Below are positions 36,956 through 49,314 of a stretch of DNA of 64,000 nt, one piece after another. This DNA is from Anolis carolinensis. Its lineage: Eukaryota. The stretch spans positions 171,694,897 through 171,758,896 of the forward strand of contig NC_085845.1 in NCBI RefSeq assembly GCF_035594765.1. Direction: 5' to 3'. Every line of letters begins with the position of its first letter. Position 1 is the first letter of the stretch. Under the pieces are notes generated by a model. The model searched no databases and was not told where the DNA came from. It saw nothing but the letters and a program-made list of their open reading frames with translations. A program made the translations under genes and the position numbers.

Positions 36956-39946
36956 TTAAAACATCCTAAAAGCACCTTTTAAACACCAGCAACAGAACTC
37001 AAAAGCCTGCCGAAACAGGTGTGTCTTACATGCCCTGCGGAAGGCCAACAAGTCCCGCAAGGCACGAACTTCAGGTGGCAAGGTGTTCCACAGAGATGGC
37101 GCCACTACTGAAAAGGCTCTGCGTCTAGTTGCAGTTAGACGCAAGGTCTTAAAACTGGGGACTTCCAGCAGGTCTTGGTCCTCAGAACGGAGGGATCTCT
37201 GGGGTTTGTAAGGGGTGAGGCGGTCCCTCAGGTACATCGGCCCTGGACTATGTAAGGCCTTGAAGGTAAGCACCATCACTTTGAAAGTGATCCGGTGCTC
37301 AATTGGTAACCAGTGCAGCTGCCGTAAGATTGGTGTTATGTGGCATCTTATGGGGACTCCCGCAAGGAGCCGGGCAGCTGCATTTTGCACCAATTTGAGC
37401 TTCCGGATCACCGACACAGGAAGGCCAATGTAAAGGGCATTACAGTAATCCAGTCTCGAGATGACTGTAGCCTGGATCACTGTAGCCAGGTTGTCCCTAG
37501 ATAGATAGGGGGCTAGCCGTCTAGCCTGCCGAAGATGAAAAAAGGCAGTTTTGGTAACGGCGGAGACCTGGGCCTGCATCGTCAGTGAAGGGTCCAAGAG
37601 GACTCCCAGACTCTTTACTAGTGAAGACGGGCGTAGCACTTCACCATCCAGGGTTGGCAACTGGATATCCCCACTGCCCGGTCGGCCCAGCCATAGGAAC
37701 TCCGTCTTTGCTGGATTCACCCTCAAACTACTGGAACGCAACCATCCAATAATGGCCTCGAGGCACTGGTGAAAACTGTCGGGTACAGACTCCGGTTGGC
37801 CTTCCATCTTTAACACAAGCTGAGTGTCGTCAGCATATTGATAACACTCGAGCCCGAAATCTCGGACCAGCTGAGCAAGTGGTTGCATATAGATGTTAAA
37901 CAACAGAGGGGAGAGAATGGCCCCCTGAGGAACCCCACAATGTAGAGGGGACCTCTCAGAGACCAGGCCCCCCCTCTCCACTCGCTGTCCACGGTTGTGA
38001 AGAAAGGAGGCCAGCCAATTTAAAGCTGTCCCCCTAACTCCAGCAACGGCAAGGCGGTGGGTCAGAAGATTGTGATCGACTGTGTCAAATGCTGCTGTGA
38101 GATCCAATAACACAAGCAACACCGACCCGCCCCGGTCAAGCTGGCATCGGAGATGATCTGTGATGGAAACCAATACAGTCTCTGTCCCATGCCCCGCACG
38201 GAAGCCAGACTGGAAAGGATCCAGTCCGGCTGTGTCGTCTAGGAACTGCTGCAGCTGCACCGCTACTGCCCTCTCAATCACCTTGCCCATAAATGAAAGA
38301 TTCGAAACTGGGCGGTAGCTGGAGGGAACCAAACGATCTAAATCTGGTTTTTTCAGCAGAGGAGAGACCACTGCCTCTTTTAATCCCTCTGGAAAGACTC
38401 CTTGCTCAAGGGAGCTGTTTATTATCTTCAGCAGCGGGTCACGTAATCCCTCCAAGCAGGATTTTACTAACCAAGAGGGACACGGGTCAAGGGAGCAAGT
38501 GGTCGGTCTAGCTGCAGCTATGAGCCTATCGAGACCCTCTGCGTCCAGTGGGATGAACTGGTCGAGGGTGGGCCCAGCAAGTGGCCACGGAGTCTCAAGT
38601 TCTCTCATTGTATCAGTTGTGGCGGGGAGGTCCCGGCGTAGTAGTGAGATCTTGTCAGCAAAATAGCTTTGAAAAGCCTCGGCTGAAGGGGTCTGATCAT
38701 CACTTTTTGGGTTGGTAGGAACCGTCGTTAGAGATCTAATTATTTTGAACAATTTTGCCGGGCGTGAGCTGGCGGACTCTATCAAAGAGGCATAGTATAC
38801 TCTCTTTGCTTCGATGGTAGCATGCTCATAGGACTCCATAAATGCCCTGTAAGCTGATCTCGAAGCTCTGTCATGAAGTTCTCGCCACACGCCCTCTAGC
38901 CGTCTCTTTTCCCGCTTCATCGATCGAAGTTCCTCGGTGAACCAAGGAGACCGATTTCGGCGGGGTTGGAGAGGGCGTCTAGGGGCGATCTCGTCGAGTG
39001 CATTGGACAGCCTGATGTTCCACATGTCCACCTGCACATCGATTGAGTCGCTGACAGGCTCCAGATCCTTCAGAGCATTCTGGAACCTACTAGGTTCCAT
39101 AAGTCTTCTTGGGCGAGCCCAAATCGGCTCGGCGCCCTTGCCAGGTGGGTAGGCATGCTCCAGCCTGACTCTCAGGGCACAGTGATCCGACCATGGAACC
39201 TCTAAAATAGAGGCTTGGGTCACTTGAATTCCTGCGCTGAAGATCAAGTCTAGCGTATGTCCTGCTTGATGCGTGGGCCCAGTACTGCAGAGCAAGAGTC
39301 CTAGTGTCTCCATGGTAGACACTAGGTCCATAGCCGCTGCTGAGCAAGAGTCCGTATCAGCGTGGACATTGAAGTCCCCCAGGACAACAAGTCTGGGGAA
39401 CCTCAAGGACCACTCCGACACAGTCTCGAGCAGCTGGGATAGGCTGTCTGCTGGTGCACTAGGCGCACGGTACACCAGCAGAAAGGCCATGCTCTCAGGG
39501 GAATCCCACTCCAGACCAACACATTCAGTGCCAGAGATGTCCACAACAGGAACTGCCCTAAGAGAAAAGCTTTCTCGGGAGAGCATAGCCACCCCACCCC
39601 CCCGCCTCCCACTCCGCATCTGGTGGGTGATTACATAACCTGGAGATGTTATTTCCTGGAGTAGGATCTCGTCCCCCTCTTGGATCCAGGTTTCAGTGAT
39701 ACACACTAGGTCAGCTCCCTGGTCAGTAAGAAAATCTCTGATAGTAGCAGTTTTATTCCTTATGGACCTAGCATTCACCAACACCAGGGTAGGAGGGGAG
39801 GAAACTGGTCGCCTGTCATAGGTGCACTTGGGGATAGGCCGCAGGTCAGAGGGGGGCCGAGTCTTCCGTCGACTCAGCCTCCCTCTAATATTCGGCCTGA
39901 GCCTACCGTCATATCTCCCCCTCCCAGAGATCGTAGGAATTCCCAT
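36956..39946 (-). CDS. L2 ORF2: APE endonuclease + reverse transcriptase (996 aa, uninterrupted)
   Basis: EN motifs LVNARS, ITETW, GDFN, HTLDLIF, SDH. RT motifs QSGFR, LLDLTAAFDTVDH, GVPQGAILSPLLF, YADD. L2 C-terminus SRLDYCN, LHWLPI, RAFSVVAPSLWN. Confidence 0.95.
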   Translation of the reverse strand: MGIPTISGRGRYDGRLRPNIRGRLSRRKTRPPSDLRPIPKCTYDRRPVSSPPTLVLVNARSIRNKTATIRDFLTDQGADLVCITETWIQEGDEILLQEITSPGYVITHQMRSGRRGGGVAMLSRESFSLRAVPVVDISGTECVGLEWDSPESMAFLLVYRAPSAPADSLSQLLETVSEWSLRFPRLVVLGDFNVHADTDSCSAAAMDLVSTMETLGLLLCSTGPTHQAGHTLDLIFSAGIQVTQASILEVPWSDHCALRVRLEHAYPPGKGAEPIWARPRRLMEPSRFQNALKDLEPVSDSIDVQVDMWNIRLSNALDEIAPRRPLQPRRNRSPWFTEELRSMKREKRRLEGVWRELHDRASRSAYRAFMESYEHATIEAKRVYYASLIESASSRPAKLFKIIRSLTTVPTNPKSDDQTPSAEAFQSYFADKISLLRRDLPATTDTMRELETPWPLAGPTLDQFIPLDAEGLDRLIAAARPTTCSLDPCPSWLVKSCLEGLRDPLLKIINSSLEQGVFPEGLKEAVVSPLLKKPDLDRLVPSSYRPVSNLSFMGKVIERAVAVQLQQFLDDTAGLDPFQSGFRAGHGTETVLVSITDHLRCQLDRGGSVLLVLLDLTAAFDTVDHNLLTHRLAVAGVRGTALNWLASFLHNRGQRVERGGLVSERSPLHCGVPQGAILSPLLFNIYMQPLAQLVRDFGLECYQYADDTQLVLKMEGQPESVPDSFHQCLEAIIGWLRSSSLRVNPAKTEFLWLGRPGSGDIQLPTLDGEVLRPSSLVKSLGVLLDPSLTMQAQVSAVTKTAFFHLRQARRLAPYLSRDNLATVIQATVISRLDYCNALYIGLPVSVIRKLKLVQNAAARLLAGVPIRCHITPILRQLHWLPIEHRITFKVMVLTFKALHSPGPMYLRDRLTPYKPQRSLRSEDQDLLEVPSFKTLRLTATRRRAFSVVAPSLWNTLPPEVRALRDLLAFRRACKTHLFRQAFEFCCWCLKGAFRMF

Positions 39947-39984
39947 ACACAGACCTACTTCTCTTGGGGGCTCTACAGCAGAAA

Positions 39985-41823
39985 CTAGGTGCCCAATGTT
40001 CGACTGGCCCCCTGAAAAGGAGGTGGGGCATGGCCAATTACCAAGTGGTCATAAATAGAGCCCTCAAAGTAATGAGGGGCAGGTGTAAAGGCCAGAACAC
40101 CCGGCCAGCATTGTGGGTGGGGGGGTGATCTAGGGGACGTCAAGTCTAGGTTCCCTCGAGAGTGTTGGAATAAGTTCTTAACTCCACCACACCGGGAGGT
40201 CACTCTCTCTTTTATGTCCACAGTTCTGATACTCGAATCCCAGGTACTAGTGTTTTGGGGGCGTGCTCCCTTCTCCATATTAACAGATCTAGAACCACTT
40301 GGTGGAACATTGGCCAATTTGTGGGAGAAGGGAGTAGTTGCAGGTCTTGTCCGGTTACCGAATCCTACTCCCCAGAAGATTCTAGTCTTAAATTTCTTTT
40401 GATGACAGCCACGTCTCTGAGACCTACGATTTGGAGGCTTACCGGTTCCCATCATTGTATATTTGTCCATGTCTGGGGCTTCAGGTTCTCCAGAGTCTGT
40501 GGTCAGACCATCTTGGCCCGCTGCCAATCCAGCACTCTGCAAAGTGCCAGGAACTCCCTCTGCTAGAAAAATAATTTGTTCTGGCTTCTCACCAGAAGTC
40601 CGGCGCATATCATGGCAGCGTTTCTGTCTCCAGTCGGTGTGACCCGCACGCCTGTGCCGAAGCTTTTTGGGGTTTGGAGAAGAAGGCATGAGCTCACCGA
40701 TGGCGTCCCCAAGGTCAGCCGCCATCTTTGGTGCTTGCCTCTTTGACAGGGAGAGGCAGCGACGTCGTTGGGGGCTTCCACAAAAGGGGGGCACTGAAGG
40801 AGAGACAGGCACCCGTCCAAGGATCTCTGTCACATCCAATGCGTCCATTTCAGGCAGAGAGGGCCAGTCCTTTTCCTGTCTGGTGGTCCCAGGGGGTCCC
40901 TGCCCAGACCAGGGACATGGGTTGGTCGGCCCAAGATCAAGAGGGCATAGACCACCAAACAAGCAGCCATGGGAAGCTGACTCTAAAATCTCCCCCTTCG
41001 GCATCGAGAGCGCATCCTGGCTCATCATGGGACTCTCAAATGGCTCTCCAGTTTCCAGCGAAGCTCTTCGCAGAATTGAAGAAGGCTCCATGGGGTGGTC
41101 CCGGTTTTGAGCCCAAGCTAGGTCTCTGGCATTCTGAGGGTCAGGATCCAATGAATTCCATATGGTTCTCCCTTGTGTGTAATCTAGGGATTGAGCTGAT
41201 GGGTGGTTCAGTAGGCAAAGCAATCTCCCAAACCGATTAAGCTGATCGGCCAGTTGGTTGAATTCTGCAAACAGCAGACTCACCAATCTTGAATCTGATC
41301 TTCCACCATCTTGACCAGGTCTCTGATCATCCGAACAGTTTGAGCGGTCTGGCCCCTTCAGATTTTCTTCCAGGGGTTTCGGTAGATCCAAGATCGCATT
41401 CAGATCCAGGAATCGCACGGGGCTGTTTGTGGTCCCCTCATGGAGATCCACTGAGGCCCGAGAAACCTGGAAAACTTGAGGAGACTGGGGAACCTGAGGA
41501 ATCTGAAGATCTTCCCTCTCAGGACTCAGGTATATATCACGAGCCTTGTGGAATTGATCAGGGAGTGGTGTCAGCTCCCCAACCCTCAAGGGCTCAAATC
41601 TGTTGGTTAAAGTGATAGCTGTCTCTTCAGGCGTCCTTGAGGCTTGAGCTTGGCGTGCAGCTGCAGAGTCCTCTAAGTAACTTTGTTTTAGTAAGATAGA
41701 TTCACCTACTGGCTTTGGAGATGTTTTCTTTCTTTTACAATCCTTCTTATCATCTTGAGAGCCCTGAACAATTGGTAAGGCAACTTTTTTCTTCCTATTA
41801 GGCATTTTCTTCCTATTAGGCAT
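39985..41823 (-). CDS. L2 ORF1 candidate (612 aa, basic N-terminus, Pro/Ser-rich)
   Basis: Open frame ending 38 nt before the ORF2 ATG. LTNRFEPL motif typical of CR1/L2 ORF1s; no other domain recognised. Confidence 0.7.
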   Translation of the reverse strand: MPNRKKMPNRKKKVALPIVQGSQDDKKDCKRKKTSPKPVGESILLKQSYLEDSAAARQAQASRTPEETAITLTNRFEPLRVGELTPLPDQFHKARDIYLSPEREDLQIPQVPQSPQVFQVSRASVDLHEGTTNSPVRFLDLNAILDLPKPLEENLKGPDRSNCSDDQRPGQDGGRSDSRLVSLLFAEFNQLADQLNRFGRLLCLLNHPSAQSLDYTQGRTIWNSLDPDPQNARDLAWAQNRDHPMEPSSILRRASLETGEPFESPMMSQDALSMPKGEILESASHGCLFGGLCPLDLGPTNPCPWSGQGPPGTTRQEKDWPSLPEMDALDVTEILGRVPVSPSVPPFCGSPQRRRCLSLSKRQAPKMAADLGDAIGELMPSSPNPKKLRHRRAGHTDWRQKRCHDMRRTSGEKPEQIIFLAEGVPGTLQSAGLAAGQDGLTTDSGEPEAPDMDKYTMMGTGKPPNRRSQRRGCHQKKFKTRIFWGVGFGNRTRPATTPFSHKLANVPPSGSRSVNMEKGARPQNTSTWDSSIRTVDIKERVTSRCGGVKNLFQHSRGNLDLTSPRSPPHPQCWPGVLAFTPAPHYFEGSIYDHLVIGHAPPPFQGASRTLGT

Positions 41824-43729
41824 TTTAACTGTGCCTCGCGTCTCTTCTTGTTTGTCTGAAGGATTATCAACAGCCTAATTAGTTTCTCTTCCTCCCCGGT
41901 TTCATAGATGTGGTTTGGAAAGTATAGTTTAAAAATAGCTGATAAAATGTTAATAAAACAATAGAACAGATATTTAAAACATTAAGTAAAACTTAAAAGA
42001 CAGGCTGGGGAGTTTCATATATCAACATTTGCATCAGCTTTGCTAGGTTTGTGATCTGAGAAACAACGATGGAAGACTTTGCTAAAGATTCCAGAGATAC
42101 CAAAGAACAAACCATTGCTCTTTCTCCCATATAGGTTTTGAAAAACAACGATGCAAGTAATGACAAATGTAATACTATTACAAATACCTATAGTATTTTA
42201 TGTTGATAAAAATGTTCCAAATATTTTACTCAATGACCTATTAAATAAACCCCTTTTAATTACACCATTACCTATCCAAAAAACTATCTACAACATCACT
42301 AAAATAATAGACTATTTATTTCCCATTGCAAAAAAGGCAATAAAAAGCACCCTACATGATCGGCTTTAGTAAGAGACTCATATTTCATCTTTCTCTTACA
42401 CTGCTCATTCTTTTAAGTGAAAAGGCAAAAGTGATTGCAAAAGCTTAAATAATGGAAATCAGATGTAGATATTATTCCTTGCCTGCAAAAGATAATACAT
42501 CTTCATAAAAGAGCTCATTGTGAAGTTGAACCAAAGACATAAATGAATTCATATGAACTGGCATTTATATGGTGAAATTTCAAACAGTAAATTCAATCCC
42601 TGTGTTAAAATTACTACTGGTTTTAGATCTCAGTTGTTTTCTGTTCAGCCTAATCATCAGAGGTGACAATAGTTCTTCAACTCATTCAGCATCACAAAAG
42701 TCCTAAGGATTTATCATTACAATAGTTTTAGAAATAGACAGTGTTTTCTCTTTGGCAACTGCAGGATTTTAACACTAGGCTCACAGATCTATGCCCACTG
42801 TTACTTCCCTAAAAGTATATTTGTCAGATATTTAAACATGAAGTTTTACCTTTGGAAAACTCCAGGATTGAACCAATGTTTTATTTGAACTTTCCCGTAA
42901 GAACCAGGGTTCTAGATGTAAGGACCAGACAAGTGAAGAATAACAGCAACAGAATCCCATCAGTGTATGAAGTGGATCTAACATGTGGGTTATCAATTGC
43001 CTCTGTTCAGGATACCCTCTATTTTGATGTGTGGTAGCAGGGAAAGTAGACAGATTGGTTTCCTATAGCTCTCTAGTCTTACAAAAAACAAAGGAAACCG
43101 TGTGCACCATTTTAAAAAATCCCTGAGTCTGCTGAAAAAGCACAAAAAGTGAATCTTCAACTTTGTGATTACAATCTAACCACATCTATCAAACAGGAAT
43201 CTAACTTGGGCTTTCTTCCAAGGAGGAAGTGTTGCTACATCTGGGGAACTACAGCAATATCATGTTCTTTCTTCTTGACCTACAGAAGGGAACTATACAA
43301 AACCAAGATTGTAATCACATGTTCCTATTCCACAGTTGTAGTTCATCTCATTCTGGCATAACAACAACAAAGCAGTATAAAGGATTATCTGAGTGCAAGA
43401 GGCAATGAGGTTGCAGTTATTATCTAAAGGCACATAGAGATCAAGAAAAATGTTTCAGGCAAGGATGGTAGGGCTAGCAGAAACTATGCTGGTTTGTAAA
43501 GGAACCCTTTCTCCTTTTTGTACAAGTAAAGGTTTAGAGAGATTTCAACATGAAACAAGAAATGAGGTTCCTCAAACATTGTACAACATTCCACTTCCCA
43601 CTCATTGGTGCTTCATTTTGTTTACCTGAATCACCATCCAAGTATGGTAATTATAGCTCTAGACAGAGTCTTGTGCTTACTAATGAGAACTCAGTGGACT
43701 TACAGGCATTTGAGTACTGGTATATATTA

Positions 43730-44040
43730 CACTATGTAACACGATTGTTGTTCCTTTGTTATAAATGTATTTTCCTAATTGGTTCTATCATAAAAACATG
43801 GGAAAAGTTTATTAAACTACAAAAACTTTTTTTTTTTTGCGGGACATCTTGCAGCACATTTTGGTATAGTTTTTTAATGAATCTCTCATAGTGTCTCAGC
43901 CAATTCAACATAGTTTGTGGCAGTCACAAAAATGAAGTTTCTGGAGTATAACAACTACTTTCAAAGTAAGTACCGCACAATTATGCAGGAAATACTTTAA
44001 AGCCAGGAACAGAAAAAAAATCACATTTTGTTACATAGTG
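43730..44040. mobile_element. Non-autonomous DNA transposon (Chapaev3-like)
   Basis: TIR CACTATGTAACA...TGTTACATAGTG with flanks TTA/TTG. Superfamily assignment is from recall. Confidence 0.55.
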
Positions 44041-44129
44041 TTGTAAGATTGGAATTACTATAATAATGAAATTTAATAAACTTTATTTTTTATCCCATCT
44101 CCACACTACTATGTAGCCAACTCAGCATC

Positions 44130-45129
44130 TCATAGTGATGAAGTATGAGAGGCCTGGTGAGGCCCAGGGAGACAGAATACTCATAGTTCCAAATCGGTCT
44201 CCTGAGATAGTAAAACTGAGTACCAAGGATGGCAGTCGCTCTAGATTAAGGGTGGTGCTGTTGACCGCCAGATCGGTAAATGGAAAAACAGCTATTATCC
44301 AGGATTGCTGAGTGTGGACCCCTAGGTTTCGGCAGCAGCCAGGGGAGCATTTGCACAATTAAAACTTGTGTGCCAGTTGCGCCCATACCTTGATAAGTTA
44401 GTCCACACTCTGCTTACATCCCGAATAGACTACTGCAATGCACTCTAAGTGGGGTTGCCTTTGAATACTGTTTGGAAGCTTCAAACGGTCAAATGGGTGG
44501 CAGCCAGACTGCTCACGAGTGCAGCATACAGGGAACATACAAACCTCCTGTTATGTCAGCTCCACTGGCTGCCAGTCTGCTACCAAGCACAATTCAAAGT
44601 GCTGGCTTTGGCCTATAAAGTCCTATACAGTTCTGGCCCAGCTTACCTGTCCGAATGCATCTCTCTCTACAAACCATCTCACAGTTTAAGATCTAGGCCC
44701 TGCTATCAGTCCTGCCTTCTTTACATGGGCGATTGGCAAGGACAAGAGACGGGGCCTTCTCAGTGGTGGCCCTTCGGCTGTGGAATTCCCTCCCTAGGGA
44801 TATTAGATCAGCCCCCTCCCTCCTGACCTTCCGTAAGAGATTAAAAATATGGCTTTGTGACCAAGCTTTTGGGGAACCTGTGCAATAAATATGGAATGAT
44901 GTGCAATGACCGTAGGAATGGCTCAGATTATGCTTGTGGATTATGTGATTAATTGTGAAGGTATGTTTTAAACGTTTTTAATTGTCTTAATGTATTTTAT
45001 AATTCTATTTTAAATGTTCAATTTAACTGTACATTTCAAGGCCTCAAATATTGCCTATGTGTAAAGCTGCCTTGAGTTCCCTCTGGGGTTGAGAAAGGCA
45101 GGGTAGAAATGTCGTAAACAAATAAATAA
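44130..45129 (+). mobile_element. Degraded, internally deleted L2
   Basis: EN start (LRVVLLTARSVNGKTAIIQD) joined to the C-terminal SRIDYCN..LHWLPV region and an L2 tail gtaaagctgccttgag..aaataaataag. Confidence 0.75.
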
Positions 45130-48100
45130 GAACTCTTAAAATACAAGCCATTGAAGTGACCAATCTTTTTTCTCAGTGTTCTATATAACTACGAACTTCT
45201 CTAGTGTAAATATCCCCAGTCTTGGGTACATTTTTCCAGAAGCCCTGGCAAGTATGGTCAATGGTGAGGAAATTCTGAAACAATAGGTGACCTACAGGTT
45301 CAAAACCACTGCTCTGAAACATTGTTAAAACTTTTGGCTGTACCAGTAATTTCCTTTGTTTTCAGTGATATTTTCATTTTTGTAAGTATGGCTAATGGTG
45401 TCCCAGACTTGGGGAAAGGGCAGGATGAGAATAAATGTCAAGCTAGAAAATGGTCTTAAAAATAGAGGATCGATCATTTTTTTGTCCCAGAACTCCTAGG
45501 TGCCTTCCTAAACCTGTTTATCACCTAGTAGAACACAGCATGACTATTATCATATGTAGATGTGTTTCTTGTTGCTTTATTTAGAGATACAGGAGACTGC
45601 GTTTGTGGCCTATCCAGCTACAGATTTGGAAAGGTTGGCATGAAATCCACACAAGCTCAGCACATGGCATAGAGCAACTTGAGTGATGCAGTTCTGCCCA
45701 TCTCACAAGGAGGGAGAGATCATAACACATCAACAGAATTTTCTACCCCCAGTCACTCTTGTTCAGGTTTTAGTAACACATGGTGCGCACACACCACCTC
45801 CATCTGTTCTGGTGTTCTTTACCCCATCCCCTAGCTTTGAGCAGAAAAAGCTGTTGTTCCAAGTCAGAATTATACACCTGGATATTTGGATCCCCTCTAA
45901 AGCAAGGTATCTAGCAGTCTCCTAGTGAAAATGTTTTTAAAAATCACCCAGAAGTGAACTTCTGTTCCAAAAGATCTCCCCTCCTCTATTGCCCAGGGAA
46001 ACGTATTTCCAAATTTACTGAAATTGGCCATTAGTTGGTACCATTTGCTCTTGACCAGAGGAAATTAATTAGCTGAACTGGTATGAAATAGTGAGTTACC
46101 ATTGCTTACTTGTGGTCTTTGCTTATCAAGCATGCAGAAAAAAATGAAGAAAATCAGCAGCTGATATAGTGGCAGTGAGGGAACAGGTTAACTGAAGGGG
46201 GCATTGAGGATATCATTTGGGAGTCAGCAGTTATAGCTCTTTTTTGTTAATTAACTCCCACCAAAGGTATTTTCTATGCCAGATTCTGAGGAAATCTTTA
46301 AACTACAGCCTAAAGTAACATTGAAGCTCTACAAAGGGCAAATACCACAAGAAAACATGTTGAAGTAAGGGCACCTGTTACCTCTCACAATGTGAAAACT
46401 TTTATTCACCTAGTAGCCAGTGCTACTGGAGAGTCAAACACAATTGCATGTGGACTACAGCACCATTTAATTACATTCTTCCAAGAACAAGTTGATAAAA
46501 CACAGAAATTACAGGATGTTATCAGTTTAACTGGCACACAAGGCAATTGCCCCACCACACAGAATGTAGAAAAGGACACCGCATATTTTTAGACATTTTA
46601 AAATAGCCACACAGTTGTGGAAATTACTTTATTTCACAATTTCCACAAATTGTTACAAACCATGCATTACACCTTCTTCCAACTCCTTTTACAGCCTAGA
46701 GCTTAAGAAATTATCTGGTATCTCATTCCTTTTTTCCTTCAATGTCATGGACACAAAAACACTGGAAGAGGCCTATTGTCAATTACATAATTCTCATGTG
46801 AAGTCATCTGACTTGGAAGATCAATAGTAAAGTTTGACGGCAACAAAAATATGCTGTTGAGCTAACTGGTCCCCATTCTGTAGTTAGGGGGAAACATCAC
46901 ATTGATTGGTATGACCCAATGCTTTCTCAACACTCAAGTAGACATAAGGAGACAGGTTTTTGATAGTCATTTGATGCCAAAGGCCCCTCTTCCCTACTGA
47001 TTGGGAAAGTAGCTATAAGCTACACTTCAAACTACCGGCATTTTTATGTTCTTCTGATGTTTGTCGGGAAGGTCCACAAATGTTTTAAGACTTAAGCCCT
47101 CCTAATAATTACTATACATATATACATGCATTTTAGTGAATACTGACAGCTTTCAACTTAAAAGAGTTCTTCAGAGTGAATTTTCTAGAAACAAAATAGC
47201 ATTAGTGCTACACTGTGCAAGTTGCATCATCCTAAAAACTGTGCAAGATGCATCAACATTCTCCAAGATACATCACCTCCACGGAAATGAGGAATAACCC
47301 AAGGCACTCTTCTCATTCACTACAACACAGAACTTTGCAAGAAGTACCAAAGGAAAGACCTCTAATTTTCTGGTTTGGAAATTATAATGCACCTGCCTTT
47401 TGACATGTAGGCTCAAATATGCGTTTTTGTAGGTTCTTAAAAAAAAACCCAAATCCTTATTTTTTGGACAGGAACAGCTAAGGCAATGAAAATGAAAAGA
47501 AAACAGTGGGGGAAAATGGCTAACCCTACATTCATTACATATGCAAGTTCATGGCAACAAAAAGTTTGAAATGTTTATTGTTCTAATAAGCGAAAATATA
47601 TTTTTTTAAATGAGCATATAATGATATGTATTGGAGAAGTTAGAAAGCAGGAAACATTATATTCCTCCTCACCCCAACACAATTTTAGGATCTTCTGACT
47701 ATGGTGAGATTTTGAAACAAGCAGCATAACAGGAAAAAGGAAGCACATGAAATGAATGTGGGATTTCATGTGACTCTTAATTATATATTCTTGGCAACAT
47801 CTCTATCTTTTCCAAATCCGCATACATTCTCATCATTACAGATGAAAGGAAAATTCATATTTGAAGGAGGCCTAAGAAGGGAGAAATGTGGATTCAAAAG
47901 CACTGGGGGAGGGGGGGAACAGCTCTACTGTTGATTAAAAAAAAGAAAAAGAAAATCTGGTGTTTTTCCAGGATACAAATTGCCAGACACCCACACACAA
48001 CCTTCCAAGTCTTTGGTGAGAAGTCTGGTGAGGCTTAAATAACTGCAACATTGTTCCATTGCTTTGTAACAAATACCATATCCTAGTAGATAAACCAATT

Positions 48101-49297
48101 TTAACACAAATGGTGAGGATATTCTACACGACTAGGGTAAAACAAAGCTCCTCTCTAGAACTATACCAAAGATTTACCTTAGGGACATAAGCAAAACCTT
48201 CAAAAGAAAAGAAACAGGAAAGGGTGCCTGTGATTTGACTCCCCACACCTGCAAATTATCTCATTATGCATGTTAGTTTTAAATGGCAAGGGAGGATATG
48301 AAAACATCTGCAGAATTAAATATATGTTGCCAAAGTGGTTCTTGTCCTGCTGGCTAGACAGTCTCATCACTTATAGCACACTGTGGAAACAGAAACGAAT
48401 GTATTCCTGAGAAATTGAACATTCAGTCAATGCTTTTCTTGCTTTTAAACAGGAAATTAAGCAAAGTGGCCACTTCTCAAGAACCGCATCACCAATTTTA
48501 ATGGGTGGAAAAACTATACAGATGAGGATTACATAATTTTCATGACAGAAGGAGTAGGAAGCAATTGCACCATGAAAATAGTAGGGCCAAACAGATTTTA
48601 GTATAACAAGTTGTTTTTTTTAAATGTCTCCCCCCTCTAATTTTATTTATCTACCTACAGCTAGGAATTTTACAGACCTAACCTTCAGAAGGCACACAAT
48701 AGCACCAATCAATCTTATTTACCAATATACTGAAGATCAAAGCTTGATGTTCTATCACCATTTCTCAGATTCATTAACCAATGTATTTTCATCAAGAATT
48801 GGAGTGCTCATACATAACCTATTCAAGAAAACAGCACATAGCTGTTTTGTTTGCTCTGTGTCACAATACAGTTTAGTGGAACCACTGGTAGGTTCTACTT
48901 TCTTAGGCAGTTACTCACGGAGAACAGACCCCAACTGCAACAAAAAGGAAATTATTCTCCCATTACTTTATCCATAACAGGGACCTATCACCACTTTTAA
49001 AAATATGGGTTGCAATGAGAATCATGTGTATGTTTAATAAAGGACATCAGGATGGCAAAAGAATGTACTTTGGATAATATACTCTTTAAGTTTCCCAAAT
49101 ATGGGATTAAGTCAAATTCATAGTGGTGAAAACCAATGCAATGTGCAAACTCTTTCTAGAAATCTCGGTCTCAAAAATGTTATAAATACAATCAAAGCAC
49201 AGAGTTCAAACAAATACATTCCCTCCTATAAATATTTCTATTTAAACATTTGTTTTAGGCTGCCATGCACATCTGTGTGTGAAGGGGACAAAAAGTA

Positions 49298-49314
49298 ACA
49301 CACACACACACACA
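49298..49314. repeat. (CA)n microsatellite in the MIEF1 3' UTR
   Basis: Direct inspection. Confidence 0.85.

Larger units (their letters stand above)
36828..42015 (-). mobile_element. Apparently full-length, intact L2-clade LINE
   Basis: Two long ORFs; 3' stem-loop tgtaagccgc..gcggc followed by an (AAAT)n tail; candidate TSD CATATAT at 36821-36827 and 42016-42022. Confidence 0.9.

Noticed and set aside
40214-41615. Plus-strand ORFs antisense to L2 ORF1
   Set aside because: Shadow ORFs of GC-rich coding sequence with no motif support.
42028-47229. C/EBP-ATF (AARE) motifs TTGCATCA at about 42029 and 47222, suggesting ATF4 autoregulation
   Set aside because: About two hits of an 8-mer are expected by chance in 64 kb on both strands, and both are far from promoters.
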